Shown here: piece by piece, positions 1 to 9,850 of the stretch
Layout of the letters: the number at the start of each line of letters is the position of its first letter
How positions within the stretch are numbered: the stretch's first letter is position 1
DNA from: an uncultured beta proteobacterium
GTDB taxonomy: Bacteria; Pseudomonadota; Gammaproteobacteria; Burkholderiales; Rhodocyclaceae
Assembly: GCA_963741765.1 (NCBI GenBank)
Contig: CAVUJN010000031.1
Location: forward strand, 6,606-70,605
Direction: 5' to 3'
Length of the DNA: 64,000 bases
Position numbers and translations under genes: made by a program
The notes under the pieces: model-generated
The model's database searches: none
What the model was told of the DNA's origin: nothing
What the model saw: the letters and a program-made list of their open reading frames with translations, nothing else

Positions 1-2
1 TG

Positions 3-518
3 CTGCTGGTCGCACGGCTCGTACCCGGCGGTCTTGCCGGCGCGCAGCGAACCATCACCCTCGCCCTCGGCATCGCCCTGTTGCTGACCGCCATCGCACT
101 CTTGCTGCGCCGCCGCCTGCAGACCGTGGCTAAGGCGCGGTCGGCAGTCAGCGCGTTGGCCGACCGCGCCTGGCCTACGGTACTGGCCGGCGCCGTACTG
201 GGTGCTCTCGTCGCGCTCTCCTCGGTTGGCGCCGGCGCCCTTGGCGTGACCACGCTGTTTTTTCTCTACCCGGGCCTGGCGGCGATCCGCATTGTCGGCA
301 CCGATCTCGCCCATGCCGTGCCGCTCACGCTGCTTGCCGGACTTGGCCACTGGTGGTTCGGCAACATCGACTGGCTGCTGCTCGCCACCCTGTTGATCGG
401 TTCGCTGCCCGGCGTCTGGCTCGGCAGCCACCTTGCACCCCGAATTCCCGAGCGCGTTCTGCGCCCCCTCCTGGCCACCATGCTGGCGCTGGCCGGCGGG
501 AAATTGATTACCGCCTGA
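3..518 (+). CDS. Sulfite exporter TauE/SafE family membrane protein (5' truncated by window edge)
   Basis: Frame is open from position 3. Hydrophobic protein with GAVLGALVALSSVGAG and IVGTDLAHAVPL motifs typical of TauE/SafE; lies directly upstream of the cys operon. Confidence 0.9.
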   Translation: MLVARLVPGGLAGAQRTITLALGIALLLTAIALLLRRRLQTVAKARSAVSALADRAWPTVLAGAVLGALVALSSVGAGALGVTTLFFLYPGLAAIRIVGTDLAHAVPLTLLAGLGHWWFGNIDWLLLATLLIGSLPGVWLGSHLAPRIPERVLRPLLATMLALAGGKLITA

Positions 519-532
519 ACAAAGGAACCGCC

Positions 533-2227
533 ATGTACAACTACACCGACACCGACCGCCAGATCGTCCGCGAACGCGTTGCCCAGTTTCGCGACCAGAC
601 GCATCGCCACCTTGCCGGCGAACTGAGCGCCGACCAGTTCCGTCCGCTGCGCCTGCAAAACGGCCTGTACCTCGAAAAACACAACCCGATGCTGCGCATC
701 GCCATTCCCTACGGCCAGTTATCGGCCGTGCAACTGCGCGCGTTGGCCCGGGTGACCCGCAACTACGATCGTGGCGTCGGCCACTTCAGCACCCGCCACA
801 ACCTGCAACTCAACTGGGTTCGTCTCGAACAGGTGCCGGACATCCTCGCCGATCTGGCCCAGGTGGACATGCACGCCATCCAGAGTTCCGGCAGTTGCAT
901 CCGCATCGTCACCACCGACCCGCTGGCCGGCGTCGCGCCGGGCGAAGTGGCCGATCCTCGCCCCTGGGCCGAAATCTTCCGCCAATGGTCCACGCTGCAC
1001 CCGGAATTCGCCGCGCTTCCGCGCAAGTTCAAGGTGGCCTTCTCGGGCGGACCCGACGACGCGGCCAGCGTGCGCACCCATGATCTCGGCTTCGAGCTGA
1101 CGCGTGACGCGGCGGGCGAACCGGGTTTCCGCGTCTGGGTCGGCGGCGGCCTGGGCCGCACCCCCATTCTCGCCAAAGTGGTTCGCGAATTCCTGCCCTG
1201 GCGTGACCTGCTCAGCTATGCCGAAGCGGTGCTGCGCACCTATAACCTGCATGGCCGGCGCGACAATCTCTACAAGTCACGCATCAAGATTCTCGTGCAG
1301 GCGCTCGGCATCGAAGAATTCACCCGGCAGACCGAAGCCGAATGGTCGCACCTGCAAGGTGGCCCGCTGACCCTCGGCGAGGCCGAAGCGGCGCGGGTTG
1401 CCGAAAACTTTGCCGCGCCGGATTACGACGTGCTGTCGGGGCTTGACGTCAGCTTCGAGTTTTCGCGCCGTTTCGACAAGGATTTCGCGGCCTGGGTCAA
1501 ACGCAACACCCACGCCCATCGCCAGCCCGGCTACGCTGCCGTCACCCTGTCGCTGAAGGCACCCGGCCAGGCACCCGGCGATGCGACGGCGGAACAGATG
1601 GAAATCGCCGCCGACCTCGCCGAACGCTTCAGCTTCGGGGAATTGCGGAGTACGCAGACGCAGAACCTGATCCTGCCCGATGTGCGCAAGCGCGACCTCT
1701 ACAAGCTCTGGCAGGCCGCCGCGAAGGCGCACCTGGCGACCGCGACGGCCGGGCTGTTGAGCGACATTGTCGCGTGCCCCGGCGGCGACTATTGCTCGCT
1801 CGCCAACGCGCGTTCGCTGCCATTGGCGGCGGCGATCCAGAACCGCTTTGGCGACCGTTCCGAACTGGACGACATCGGGACGCTGCGGCTCAACATCTCC
1901 GGCTGCGTGAATGCCTGCGGCCACCACCATGTCGGCGCCATCGGCATTCTCGGCGTCGACAAGGGCGGGCAGGAACGCTACCAGATCACGCTGGGCGGCA
2001 GCACCGGACCCCGCGCCGCCATCGGGAGCGTCATCGGCCCGTCGGTTGCTGCCGCCGAGGTACCGGAAGTCGTCGCCCGCGTCATAGGGCACTACCGGTC
2101 ATGTCGGCACCCCAAGGAAGCATTCATCGACACCGTAAAGCGCATCGGCGCAAAAAATTTCGCCGCCGCCGCGTATGCAAAAGAAATTCCCACCATCGAT
2201 TATGAAAGAGAGGTTGCAAATGGCTAA
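533..2227 (+). CDS. cysI: Sulfite reductase hemoprotein (siroheme/4Fe-4S; nitrite/sulfite reductase family)
   Basis: RLQNGLY, LRIAIPYG, ACPGGDYCSLANA and ISGCVNACGHHH motifs; AAAGGA RBS before ATG at 533. Confidence 0.93.
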   Translation: MYNYTDTDRQIVRERVAQFRDQTHRHLAGELSADQFRPLRLQNGLYLEKHNPMLRIAIPYGQLSAVQLRALARVTRNYDRGVGHFSTRHNLQLNWVRLEQVPDILADLAQVDMHAIQSSGSCIRIVTTDPLAGVAPGEVADPRPWAEIFRQWSTLHPEFAALPRKFKVAFSGGPDDAASVRTHDLGFELTRDAAGEPGFRVWVGGGLGRTPILAKVVREFLPWRDLLSYAEAVLRTYNLHGRRDNLYKSRIKILVQALGIEEFTRQTEAEWSHLQGGPLTLGEAEAARVAENFAAPDYDVLSGLDVSFEFSRRFDKDFAAWVKRNTHAHRQPGYAAVTLSLKAPGQAPGDATAEQMEIAADLAERFSFGELRSTQTQNLILPDVRKRDLYKLWQAAAKAHLATATAGLLSDIVACPGGDYCSLANARSLPLAAAIQNRFGDRSELDDIGTLRLNISGCVNACGHHHVGAIGILGVDKGGQERYQITLGGSTGPRAAIGSVIGPSVAAAEVPEVVARVIGHYRSCRHPKEAFIDTVKRIGAKNFAAAAYAKEIPTIDYEREVANG

Positions 2228-2741
2228 GTTGATCAAGAACCGCGACATCGTCGCCAACGACTGGAAGATTCTGACGCTCGCCACCGGCGAATCGCCAGAA
2301 GCGGCAAAGCTTCCCTGGGGCAACGTATTGGTCCCGCTCGCCGTCTGGCAGGCCCGCAAATGGGATCTCGTTCAACGGCAATGGGAGCAGGGCCACCTGC
2401 TTGGCGTCTGGCTCGGCCCGCAGGACGATCCCGCTGCAATTGCCGGCGACCTCGCCGACCTGAGCGCCATCGCCGTTGACTTTCCGGTCGCCGGGGACGG
2501 GCGCGGCTATTCGCTCGCCACCCTGCTCCGCACCCGCTACGGCTATCGCGGCGAACTGCGCGCCATCGGCGCCATCGAGCGCGACTACCTGCACTTCCTG
2601 CGCCGCGCCGGTTTCAACAGCTTCGCGGTGAGCGATCCGGAAAGCGCCATCGTCAACCTTGACGCTTTCTCCGCTTCCTACCAGCCCGCCGCCGACGGGC
2701 CGCTGCCGCTGTCCCGGCGCCCACCCGCGCTCGCCGCCTGA
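2220..2741 (+). CDS. DUF934 family protein (cysI-associated)
   Basis: IAVDFP..GDGRGYSLATLLRTRYGYRGELRAIG and L.R.GFNSF motifs; usual position after cysI. Confidence 0.9.
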   Translation: MAKLIKNRDIVANDWKILTLATGESPEAAKLPWGNVLVPLAVWQARKWDLVQRQWEQGHLLGVWLGPQDDPAAIAGDLADLSAIAVDFPVAGDGRGYSLATLLRTRYGYRGELRAIGAIERDYLHFLRRAGFNSFAVSDPESAIVNLDAFSASYQPAADGPLPLSRRPPALAA

Positions 2742-2753
2742 AAGGATCCCGCC

Positions 2754-3560
2754 ATGCAACGCGACAATTTCTCCGATTTGGCCGACCCTGCGCTGCTGCA
2801 GGCAGTGGCCGCCAAGGCCGAACGCGCTGCCCGCTTCCTGCGCGCAGCCGGACGCGACTATGCCCCGGTCGTCTTCGCCAACAGCCTCGGCGCCGAGGAC
2901 ATGGTGCTGACCGACCTGATCTGGGGCCAGAAAGACGAGCCCATCGACATCGGCATCTTCTCGCTCGATACCGGCCGCCTGCCGGCCGAAACCTGCGCCT
3001 TGATCGCCGCCGCCGAGCGCCACTATGGCCGCCGACTCGACGTCTTCTATCCGGAGCGCCAGAGCGTCGAAGCCTTGGTCGCGACTCACGGCATCGACGG
3101 CTTCTACGACTCTGTGGAAGCGCGCAAATCGTGCTGCGCCACACGCAAGGTCGAACCGCTGCGCCGCGCCCTGGCCGGCAAGAAAGCCTGGGTCACCGGG
3201 CTGCGCGCCGCGCAATCGCCGACGCGCGAAACCCTCAAGCCGGTGAGCTTCGACACCGTTTTCAACCTGGTCAAGCTGAACCCGCTGGCCGACTGGAGCG
3301 AGGATGAAATCTGGGCCTACCTGCAGGTTCACCGCGTACCTTACAACGCCCTGCATGACCGCAACTATCCGAGCATCGGCTGCGCGCCCTGCACGCGCGC
3401 CGTCAAGCCCGGCGAGGATGTGCGCGCCGGCAGGTGGTGGTGGGAATCGCCGGCCACCAAGGAATGCGGCCTGCATGTCGTGGATGGCCGCCTGCAAAGT
3501 GTGGCCGCCAGCCACGCTGCCGTCGAAGCAACGGCCGATCGCGTGCCGGCGGCAGCATGA
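2754..3560 (+). CDS. cysH: Adenylyl-sulfate (APS) reductase, 4Fe-4S type
   Basis: LDTGRL, SCC..RKVEPL, YPSIGCAPCT and RAGRWWWE...KECGLH motifs. The CC plus CxxC cysteines mark the APS-reductase subtype, consistent with no cysC in this operon. Confidence 0.93.
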   Translation: MQRDNFSDLADPALLQAVAAKAERAARFLRAAGRDYAPVVFANSLGAEDMVLTDLIWGQKDEPIDIGIFSLDTGRLPAETCALIAAAERHYGRRLDVFYPERQSVEALVATHGIDGFYDSVEARKSCCATRKVEPLRRALAGKKAWVTGLRAAQSPTRETLKPVSFDTVFNLVKLNPLADWSEDEIWAYLQVHRVPYNALHDRNYPSIGCAPCTRAVKPGEDVRAGRWWWESPATKECGLHVVDGRLQSVAASHAAVEATADRVPAAA

Positions 3561-4477
3561 GTACGCTGAATCTCGGTCGCCGCACCCTCAGCCATCTCGA
3601 CTGGCTGGAGGCCGAAGCCATCCACATCCTGCGCGAGGTCGCCGGCCAGTGCGCGCACCCGGCGCTGCTGTTCTCCGGCGGCAAGGATTCGATCGTGCTG
3701 CTGCGGCTCGCCGAAAAAGCCTTCCGCCCCGGCCGCTTTCCCTTTCCTCTCCTGCACATCGACACCGGCCACAACTATCCGGAGGTCGTCGCCTTCCGCG
3801 ACCGGCGCGCCGCCGAACTCGGCGAGCGCCTGATCGTGCGCTCGCTCGACGATTCGCTGGCGCGCGGCAGCGTGGTGCTCAAATCGGCCAATGAATCGCG
3901 CAACAAGCACCAGTCGGTGACGCTGCTCGAAGCCATCGAGGAACACGGTTTCGATGCCTGCATCGGCGGCGCGCGGCGCGACGAGGAAAAGGCACGCGCC
4001 AAGGAACGCATCTTCTCGTTCCGCGACGAATTCGGGCAATGGGACCCGAAGAACCAGCGCCCGGAACTCTGGGATCTCTACAACGCCCGGGTAAACAAGG
4101 GCGAGAACATCCGCGTCTTCCCGATCTCGAATTGGACCGAACTCGATATCTGGCAATACATCGCCCGCGAGGCGCTGGCGCTGCCGTCGATCTATTTCGC
4201 CCATCGCCGCGAAATCGTCAGGCGAAACGGCCTGCTGCAGCCAGTCACCCCACTCACCCCGGCGCACGAGGGCGACGCGGTGGAAACCCTCACGGTGCGC
4301 TTCCGTACCGTTGGCGACATCACCTGCACGGCGCCGGTCGAATCCGTCGCCGCCACGGTCAACGACATCATCGCCGAGACCGCCACCACCACCATCACCG
4401 AACGCGGCGCCACGCGGCTCGACGACCAGGCGTCGGAAGCCGCGATGGAGCAGCGCAAGAAAGAAGGGTATTTCTGA
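3557..4477 (+). CDS. cysD: Sulfate adenylyltransferase subunit 2
   Basis: LEAEAIHILREV, FSGGKDS, GGARRDEEKARAKERIFS, VRFRTVGD; ATGA overlap with cysH. Confidence 0.96.
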   Translation: MSTLNLGRRTLSHLDWLEAEAIHILREVAGQCAHPALLFSGGKDSIVLLRLAEKAFRPGRFPFPLLHIDTGHNYPEVVAFRDRRAAELGERLIVRSLDDSLARGSVVLKSANESRNKHQSVTLLEAIEEHGFDACIGGARRDEEKARAKERIFSFRDEFGQWDPKNQRPELWDLYNARVNKGENIRVFPISNWTELDIWQYIAREALALPSIYFAHRREIVRRNGLLQPVTPLTPAHEGDAVETLTVRFRTVGDITCTAPVESVAATVNDIIAETATTTITERGATRLDDQASEAAMEQRKKEGYF

Positions 4478-5766
4478 TGAGCGCCCCTGAAAACCTCCCG
4501 GAAATCGATAACGGCCTGCTGCGCTTCCTCACCTGCGGCAGCGTGGACGACGGCAAGAGCACGCTGATCGGCCGCCTGCTGTACGACACCCGCGCCATTC
4601 TTGCCGACACCCTGCACGCCATCACGCACACCTCGCACAAGCGCGGGCTGACCAATGTCAACCTTTCGCTGCTGACCGACGGTCTGGTCGCCGAACGCGA
4701 GCAGGGCATCACCATCGACGTCGCCTACCGTTACTTCAGCACCGGCACGCGCAAGTACATCGTCGCCGACGCGCCGGGCCATGAGCAATACACGCGCAAC
4801 ATGGTCACCGCGGCATCAACCGCCAACCTCGCCATCATTCTTGTCGATGCGCGCAAAGGCGTATTGGCGCAGACCCGGCGCCACGCGCTGATCGCGCATC
4901 TGGTCGGCATTCCGCATCTGGTCGTCGCGGTGAACAAGATGGATCTGGTCGGTCACGACCCCGCGGTGTTCGAGCGCATCCGCAGCGACTACCTCGATTT
5001 CGCGGGCCAGGTCGGCATCGGCGATGTCCGCTTCGTGCCGATGTCTGCGCTGAACGGCGACATGATCGTCGAGCGCGGCGACCGTCTGGACTGGTACACC
5101 GGTCCGACCCTGCTGGAAATTCTCGAGAACGCCCCCGGCGCCCACGGCGAGGCGGACAAGCGCGACGAGCCGTTCCGCTTCCCCGTGCAATACGTCTGCC
5201 GCCCGCAGCAGTCCGACGACCCCGGCCTGCACGATTATCGCGGCTACATGGGGCGCATCGAATCCGGTTCGATCGCCGTCGGCGACGCCATCGTCATCCT
5301 GCCCGCCGGTCGCGCCACGCGCATCAGGGACATCCAGATCGCCGGCCGCTCGCAGCCCATGGCCATTGCCGACCAGTCCGTCACGCTGTTGCTGGAAGAT
5401 GAAATCGACATCTCGCGCGGCGACATGATCGCGCGGGACGGCGCCCGGCCGGAAATCACCCAGGCCGTCCGCGCACAGCTCTGCTGGCTTTCCGAGACCC
5501 CGCTCGACCTGCGCCGCCGCTACCTGATCCGCCATACCACGCGCGACACCCAGGCCAGGCTGGCGAGCATCGATTACCGCCTCGACATCGCCACGCTGCG
5601 GCATGAACCGGCGACAAGCCTGGCGATGAACGACATCGCCCAGGTCGCCTTCCGTCTCGCCCGGCCCATCTGCGCCGATCGCTACGCCGACAACCGCGCG
5701 ACCGGCGCCTTCATCGTCATCGACGAAGCAAGCAACAATACCGTGGGGGCCGGCATGATCGTCTGA
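4477..5766 (+). CDS. cysN: Sulfate adenylyltransferase subunit 1 (GTPase)
   Basis: LRFLTCGSVDDGKSTLIGRLL, EREQGITIDVAYRYF, DAPGHEQYTRNM, VNKMD; TGATG overlap with cysD. Confidence 0.96.
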   Translation: MSAPENLPEIDNGLLRFLTCGSVDDGKSTLIGRLLYDTRAILADTLHAITHTSHKRGLTNVNLSLLTDGLVAEREQGITIDVAYRYFSTGTRKYIVADAPGHEQYTRNMVTAASTANLAIILVDARKGVLAQTRRHALIAHLVGIPHLVVAVNKMDLVGHDPAVFERIRSDYLDFAGQVGIGDVRFVPMSALNGDMIVERGDRLDWYTGPTLLEILENAPGAHGEADKRDEPFRFPVQYVCRPQQSDDPGLHDYRGYMGRIESGSIAVGDAIVILPAGRATRIRDIQIAGRSQPMAIADQSVTLLLEDEIDISRGDMIARDGARPEITQAVRAQLCWLSETPLDLRRRYLIRHTTRDTQARLASIDYRLDIATLRHEPATSLAMNDIAQVAFRLARPICADRYADNRATGAFIVIDEASNNTVGAGMIV

Positions 5767-5857
5767 GAAGCGTGCTGATTCACGGTCTGAAGCCCCCTTC
5801 CTGCGCCTGCTTCCTGCGCCCGATTTTCAGGCCATTTTCCGGGTCGACCGCAACGCT

Positions 5858-6835
5858 TCAGGAAAAGACGGGTTCCTCGAACAGTGAGCGGATCGTCACC
5901 TTTTTGATCTCCGGCCGATCCGGCACCGCGTAGAGCACCGGCGTGATCATCTCCTCGAAGATGCCGCGCAGGCTGCGCGCACCGACCTTGAATTCGAGCG
6001 CCAGGTCGGCGATCTGCCCGAACACCGCCGGTTCGATCACCAGTTCGACGCCCTCGTTTTGCAGGATGGCGCGGAACTGCCGGTAGATCGAATGCTGCGG
6101 CTCGATCATGATGCGCACCATCATGTCCTTCGACAGTTCCTTGAGCCGGGCGATGATCGGCAGGCGGCCGGCGAACTCGGGGATCAGCCCGAAGCGGAAG
6201 AGATCGGTTGGCTTGACGCGGGCATTCAGGCGGTCGAGCATCTTCTGGTCGTCGCTCGCCGCCGTGGCGATGAAGCCGAAAGCCTGAGTCTCGGCGAGGA
6301 TGGATTCCAGCCCGACGAAGGCGCCGCCGCAGATGAACAGGACCTGCGTGGTATCGATGTAGGCGCCGCTCTTGAGGCGCACGGTCGCGCCCTCCATGAT
6401 CTTCAGCAGCGCGTGCTGGACGTTTTCACCAGAGGCGGCGCGCGCCTGACCGCTGATCGCTTTCAGCTTGTCCACCTCGTCGATGAAGACGATGCCACGC
6501 CCGGCCTTTTCGGCATCGCCGCCGGCGCGTTCGAGCAGGCGCTGGAGGATGGCGTCGAGTTCCTCGTTGACGTATTCGGTCTGCGCCAGCGACGTCGCGT
6601 CGGCGGTGACGAAGGGCAGTTCGAGGATGCGCGCCAGGGTTTCGCACAGCAACGTCTTGCCTGTGCCGGTCGGGCCCATCAGCAGAATATTGCTTTTGAG
6701 CATTTCCAGGCGGTCGACCGCAACCATCTCGACCTTGCGGAAATGCGAATAGACGGCGACGGCGAGAATCTTCTTCGCGTCGTCCTGGCCGATCACATGG
6801 CGGTTAAGCTGGGCGACGATTTCACTCGGTTTCAT
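5858..6835 (-). CDS. ClpX-like AAA+ ATPase lacking the N-terminal zinc-binding domain
   Basis: Starts MKPSEIVAQLNRHVIGQDDAKK; GPTGTGKT Walker A, IVFIDEVDK Walker B, ILFICGGAF-like segment, PEFAGRL, GARSLR. About 325 aa; no clpP nearby. Confidence 0.88.
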   Translation of the reverse strand: MKPSEIVAQLNRHVIGQDDAKKILAVAVYSHFRKVEMVAVDRLEMLKSNILLMGPTGTGKTLLCETLARILELPFVTADATSLAQTEYVNEELDAILQRLLERAGGDAEKAGRGIVFIDEVDKLKAISGQARAASGENVQHALLKIMEGATVRLKSGAYIDTTQVLFICGGAFVGLESILAETQAFGFIATAASDDQKMLDRLNARVKPTDLFRFGLIPEFAGRLPIIARLKELSKDMMVRIMIEPQHSIYRQFRAILQNEGVELVIEPAVFGQIADLALEFKVGARSLRGIFEEMITPVLYAVPDRPEIKKVTIRSLFEEPVFS

Positions 6836-6978
6836 CGATGTATTCCTCGGCGTGAATTCACAGCAGACGGGAAGGCTGTGAAGATCGGGGCAAACAACCC
6901 TGCCGCCATTGTGAAAGCCGCGCCGAAACTGCGCCAGCATTTTTGCCCTTTTTTGCGGGTCAACCGCAACAAACCCCA

Positions 6979-7240
6979 TCACCGGGTCTTCCGCTGTTCC
7001 AGCCAAACCGCATCGAGCACGCGCTCCACCTCGTCCTGATTCAGCATCGCCGCCCATTGCCAAATGCGACAAAAACGCCGTCGCCTCCGGCACCCTCAGG
7101 CCGCGCGGATGGCTCATTCCGTGAAAATGGACAAAGACCGCAATCCAATGGACATATACATGTTCGCTACGTATGCTGTAACGACGAAGCCGTAGCCCGG
7201 CACACAATTGATCCAGCAGGCGCGGCGAACTTAAAGCAGG
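6979..7240 (-). pseudogene. Integron integrase (IntI) remnant, internally deleted and truncated
   Basis: Minus strand reads SPRLLDQLCAGLRLRRYSIRSEHVYVHWIAVFVHFHGMSHPRGLRVPEATAFLSHLA (7228-7058). This parallels the IntI1 N-terminus ([54 protein letters not shown]). A second frame gives LNQDEVERVL (7044-7015), matching IntI 'VVLTPDEVVRIL', then a stop. Confidence 0.8.
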
Positions 7241-7248
7241 GCAGCGAG

Positions 7249-7317
7249 GTCTATTCCCTCACTCCACTGCACCTTGCGCACTAGGCCGCGCTTGGTCGGT
7301 GAGTTCAAACCTTAGGC
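7249..7317 (+). repeat. Degenerate integron attC site
   Basis: GTCTATT...CACTCCAC...GCGCACTAGGCCGCGC...GGTGAGTTCAAAC-CTTAGGC. L boxes ACTC(C)AC/GTGAGT pair with one extrahelical base; R'' and R' cores are mutated (GTCTATT for RYYYAAC, CTTAGGC for GTTRRRY). Confidence 0.7.
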
Positions 7318-7356
7318 GCACGCCATCACCGTTCATTCACCCTTGGAGAACAATCC

Positions 7357-7809
7357 ATGAAGACCATCCAGTTTGTGCTATCCCTGGTTCTCGTTGCATT
7401 TTTGTCGCATGCCAATGCTGCTGACGGCCTTGTCGCAGTCAAGAGCCCATATGGCGCAAAGGCGACCATGGACAAGTTCGAGATCATTGTCAAAGACAAG
7501 GGGCTGGTCGTCTTCGCTCGAATAGATCACGCTGCAGGCGCAGCGAAGATCGGCAAGACGCTTCGGCCTACAGAGGTCCTCATCTTTGGCAATCCACAAG
7601 GCGGGACGCCATTCATGGAGTGCGCGCAGTCGGTCGGAATCGACCTGCCACTCAAGGCTTTGGTTTGGGAGGACGCTTCCTCGCAAGTATGGCTGGGTTA
7701 CAACGATCCCATGTATTTGGCACAGCGTCACGGGGTAGCTCAATGCGCGGTTGCCGAGAATCTTCGCAAGGCTCTAGCCGGGTTCGCGGCGGCGGCTGTG
7801 GCACCTTGA
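7357..7809 (+). CDS. DUF302 domain exported protein (probable integron gene cassette)
   Basis: Signal peptide; VFARIDHAAGA, LIFGNPQGGTPFM, GIDLPLKALVWED motifs. Preceded by attC and followed by GCCTGACCATTCG (attC-like left arm, 7818-7838). Confidence 0.88.
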   Translation: MKTIQFVLSLVLVAFLSHANAADGLVAVKSPYGAKATMDKFEIIVKDKGLVVFARIDHAAGAAKIGKTLRPTEVLIFGNPQGGTPFMECAQSVGIDLPLKALVWEDASSQVWLGYNDPMYLAQRHGVAQCAVAENLRKALAGFAAAAVAP

Positions 7810-7852
7810 CCAGTAATGCCTGACCATTCGCCGAACGGTTTTTCGCGCTACC

Positions 7853-8533
7853 CTATTCGCCTACCAGAACGCCATCATTGAGGTGCAGCACGCGGTCGGC
7901 ACGCGCCGCCAGTTGCAGGTCGTGCGTCACCATCACCAGGCTGGCCCGCTGGGAGCGCACCTGACCGAGCAGCAGATCGAAGACGACGCCGGCCGTCTGG
8001 CGGTCGAGGTTGCCGGTCGGCTCGTCGGCGAGGATGCACGACGGCGAACTGACCAGCGCCCGGGCGATGGCCGCGCGCTGGCGTTCGCCGCCCGACAACT
8101 CGCCAGGGCGATGTTCCAGACGATGACCGAGGCCGACGGCAGTCAGCATTTCGCCGGCCGCTTTCAGCGCCGAGCCGCGTTCCTGACGGCGGATCAGCAG
8201 TGGCATGGCGACGTTTTCCAGCGCCGAGAATTCGGCCAGCAGGTGGTGGAACTGGTAGACGAAGCCGAGGTGCCGGTTGCGCCAATCGCCGCGGTCGACC
8301 TCGCCCAGGGCCGAAAAATCACGCCCCTTCAACTGGACGCTGCCGGAAGTCGGCGCGTCCAGCCCGCCGAGCAGGTGCAGCAGCGTGCTCTTGCCCGAGC
8401 CCGACGCGCCGACGATGGCCAGCGTTTCGCCGGCCGAGACTTCGAGGTCGACGGCCGACAGCACCGTGACATCGAGCCCGCCGTTGCGGAAAGCCTTGCC
8501 CAGCCCGCTGGCCGCGAGAATGACCTCACTCAT
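7853..8533 (-). CDS. lolD: Lipoprotein-releasing ABC transporter ATP-binding protein
   Basis: [46 protein letters not shown]. Confidence 0.96.
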   Translation of the reverse strand: MSEVILAASGLGKAFRNGGLDVTVLSAVDLEVSAGETLAIVGASGSGKSTLLHLLGGLDAPTSGSVQLKGRDFSALGEVDRGDWRNRHLGFVYQFHHLLAEFSALENVAMPLLIRRQERGSALKAAGEMLTAVGLGHRLEHRPGELSGGERQRAAIARALVSSPSCILADEPTGNLDRQTAGVVFDLLLGQVRSQRASLVMVTHDLQLAARADRVLHLNDGVLVGE

Positions 8534-9773
8534 AGCGCAGCGCCTCCGCCGGATTGACGCGCGAGGCGCGCCAACTCGGGTAGATCGTCGCCAGCAGCGC
8601 CAGCACGAAGGCGATCAGCGTAACGCCCCAGACATCCCCCCATTGCAGTTCGGAAGGCAGGTCGGAGATGTAATAAACCTCCTTCGACAGGAAATGGATG
8701 CCCAGCATGCGTTCGATGAAGGGCACGACGACGTCGATGTTGAGCGCCAGCGCGACGCCGCCGGCAATGCCTAGGCCGAGCCCGATGAAGCCGACCAGCG
8801 CACCCTGCACGACAAAGATCGTCATGATCGACAAGGGCCGCGCGCCAAGGGTGCGCAGGATGGCGATGTCGGCCTGCTTGTCGGTGACCGCCATGACCAG
8901 TGTCGACACCAGGTTGAAGGCGGCGACGGCGACGATCAGCGACAGAATGATGAACATCATGTTCTTCTCGATCGCCACGGCGCGGAAGAAATTGGCGTGG
9001 CTCTTGGTCCAGTCGCTGAGGTAGGCGTTGGCGTCGATCAGCCCGGCCAGTTCGCGGGCGATGCGTGGCGCCTGGAAGAGATCGTCGACCTTGAGCCGCA
9101 CGCCGCTGACCCGGTCGTCCATCTGATAGAGCGTCTGCGCGTCCTGCAGGTCGATCAGCGCGAGGCCGCTGTCGTACTCGTACATGCCGACCTCGAAGAT
9201 GCCGACCACTTTGAACGACTTCAGGCGCGGCAGCACGCCGGCCGGCGTCACCGTCCCCTGCGGCGCGATCAGCGTCACCTTGTCGCCGGTGAACACGCGC
9301 AGCGCCCGCGCCAGGTCGGCACCGAGCACGACGCCAAATTCGCCTGGGCGCAGATCGTCGAGGCTGCCGCTCTTGATCGTCTTGCGGAAATCGGCGACAC
9401 GATCTTCCTGCTCAGGATCGATGCCGCGCACCAGCGCCCCCTTGACCCCGCCGTCGAAGGTGAACATCGCCTGCGACTGCACGAACGGCGCCGCCGCGCG
9501 GACATCCGGATGCTGTTTGGCCTGTGCGGCAATCGCCGGCCAGTCGCTCAGTTCGCCGTTGATGCCGGTGATCTGGATATGCGAGGCGACGCCGAGGATG
9601 CGGGTGCGCAGTTCCTTCTGGAAACCGTTCATGACCGACAGGACGACGATCAGCGCGGCGACGCCGAGGCCAATGCCGAGCATCGAGATCAGCGAGATGA
9701 AGGAAATGAAATGGTTGCGCCGCTTGGCGCGCGTGTAGCGCAAGCCAATCAGCAGTTCGTAGGGCAGTGCCAT
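8526..9773 (-). CDS. lolE: Lipoprotein-releasing ABC transporter permease LolC/LolE
   Basis: [61 protein letters not shown]. Confidence 0.93.
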   Translation of the reverse strand: MALPYELLIGLRYTRAKRRNHFISFISLISMLGIGLGVAALIVVLSVMNGFQKELRTRILGVASHIQITGINGELSDWPAIAAQAKQHPDVRAAAPFVQSQAMFTFDGGVKGALVRGIDPEQEDRVADFRKTIKSGSLDDLRPGEFGVVLGADLARALRVFTGDKVTLIAPQGTVTPAGVLPRLKSFKVVGIFEVGMYEYDSGLALIDLQDAQTLYQMDDRVSGVRLKVDDLFQAPRIARELAGLIDANAYLSDWTKSHANFFRAVAIEKNMMFIILSLIVAVAAFNLVSTLVMAVTDKQADIAILRTLGARPLSIMTIFVVQGALVGFIGLGLGIAGGVALALNIDVVVPFIERMLGIHFLSKEVYYISDLPSELQWGDVWGVTLIAFVLALLATIYPSWRASRVNPAEALRYE

Positions 9774-9850
9774 GCAGTCAGGGGCCAGGCGGTAAAAGCC
9801 GCTATGGTACACTCAAGCGCATCCTTGGAAGCTTCCCGGCGCCGATTTCC

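Noticed and set aside
5797-5820. 11-bp direct repeat CTTCCTGCGCC x2 after cysN
   Set aside because: Too short and GC-rich to interpret; no flanked element, so likely local slippage.
5858-7207. 449-aa ClpX with a novel N-terminal domain, as given in the ORF track
   Set aside because: The extension is a chance in-frame read-through of the intI remnant and intergenic DNA; ClpX homology and an RBS (GAGG) begin at ATG 6835.
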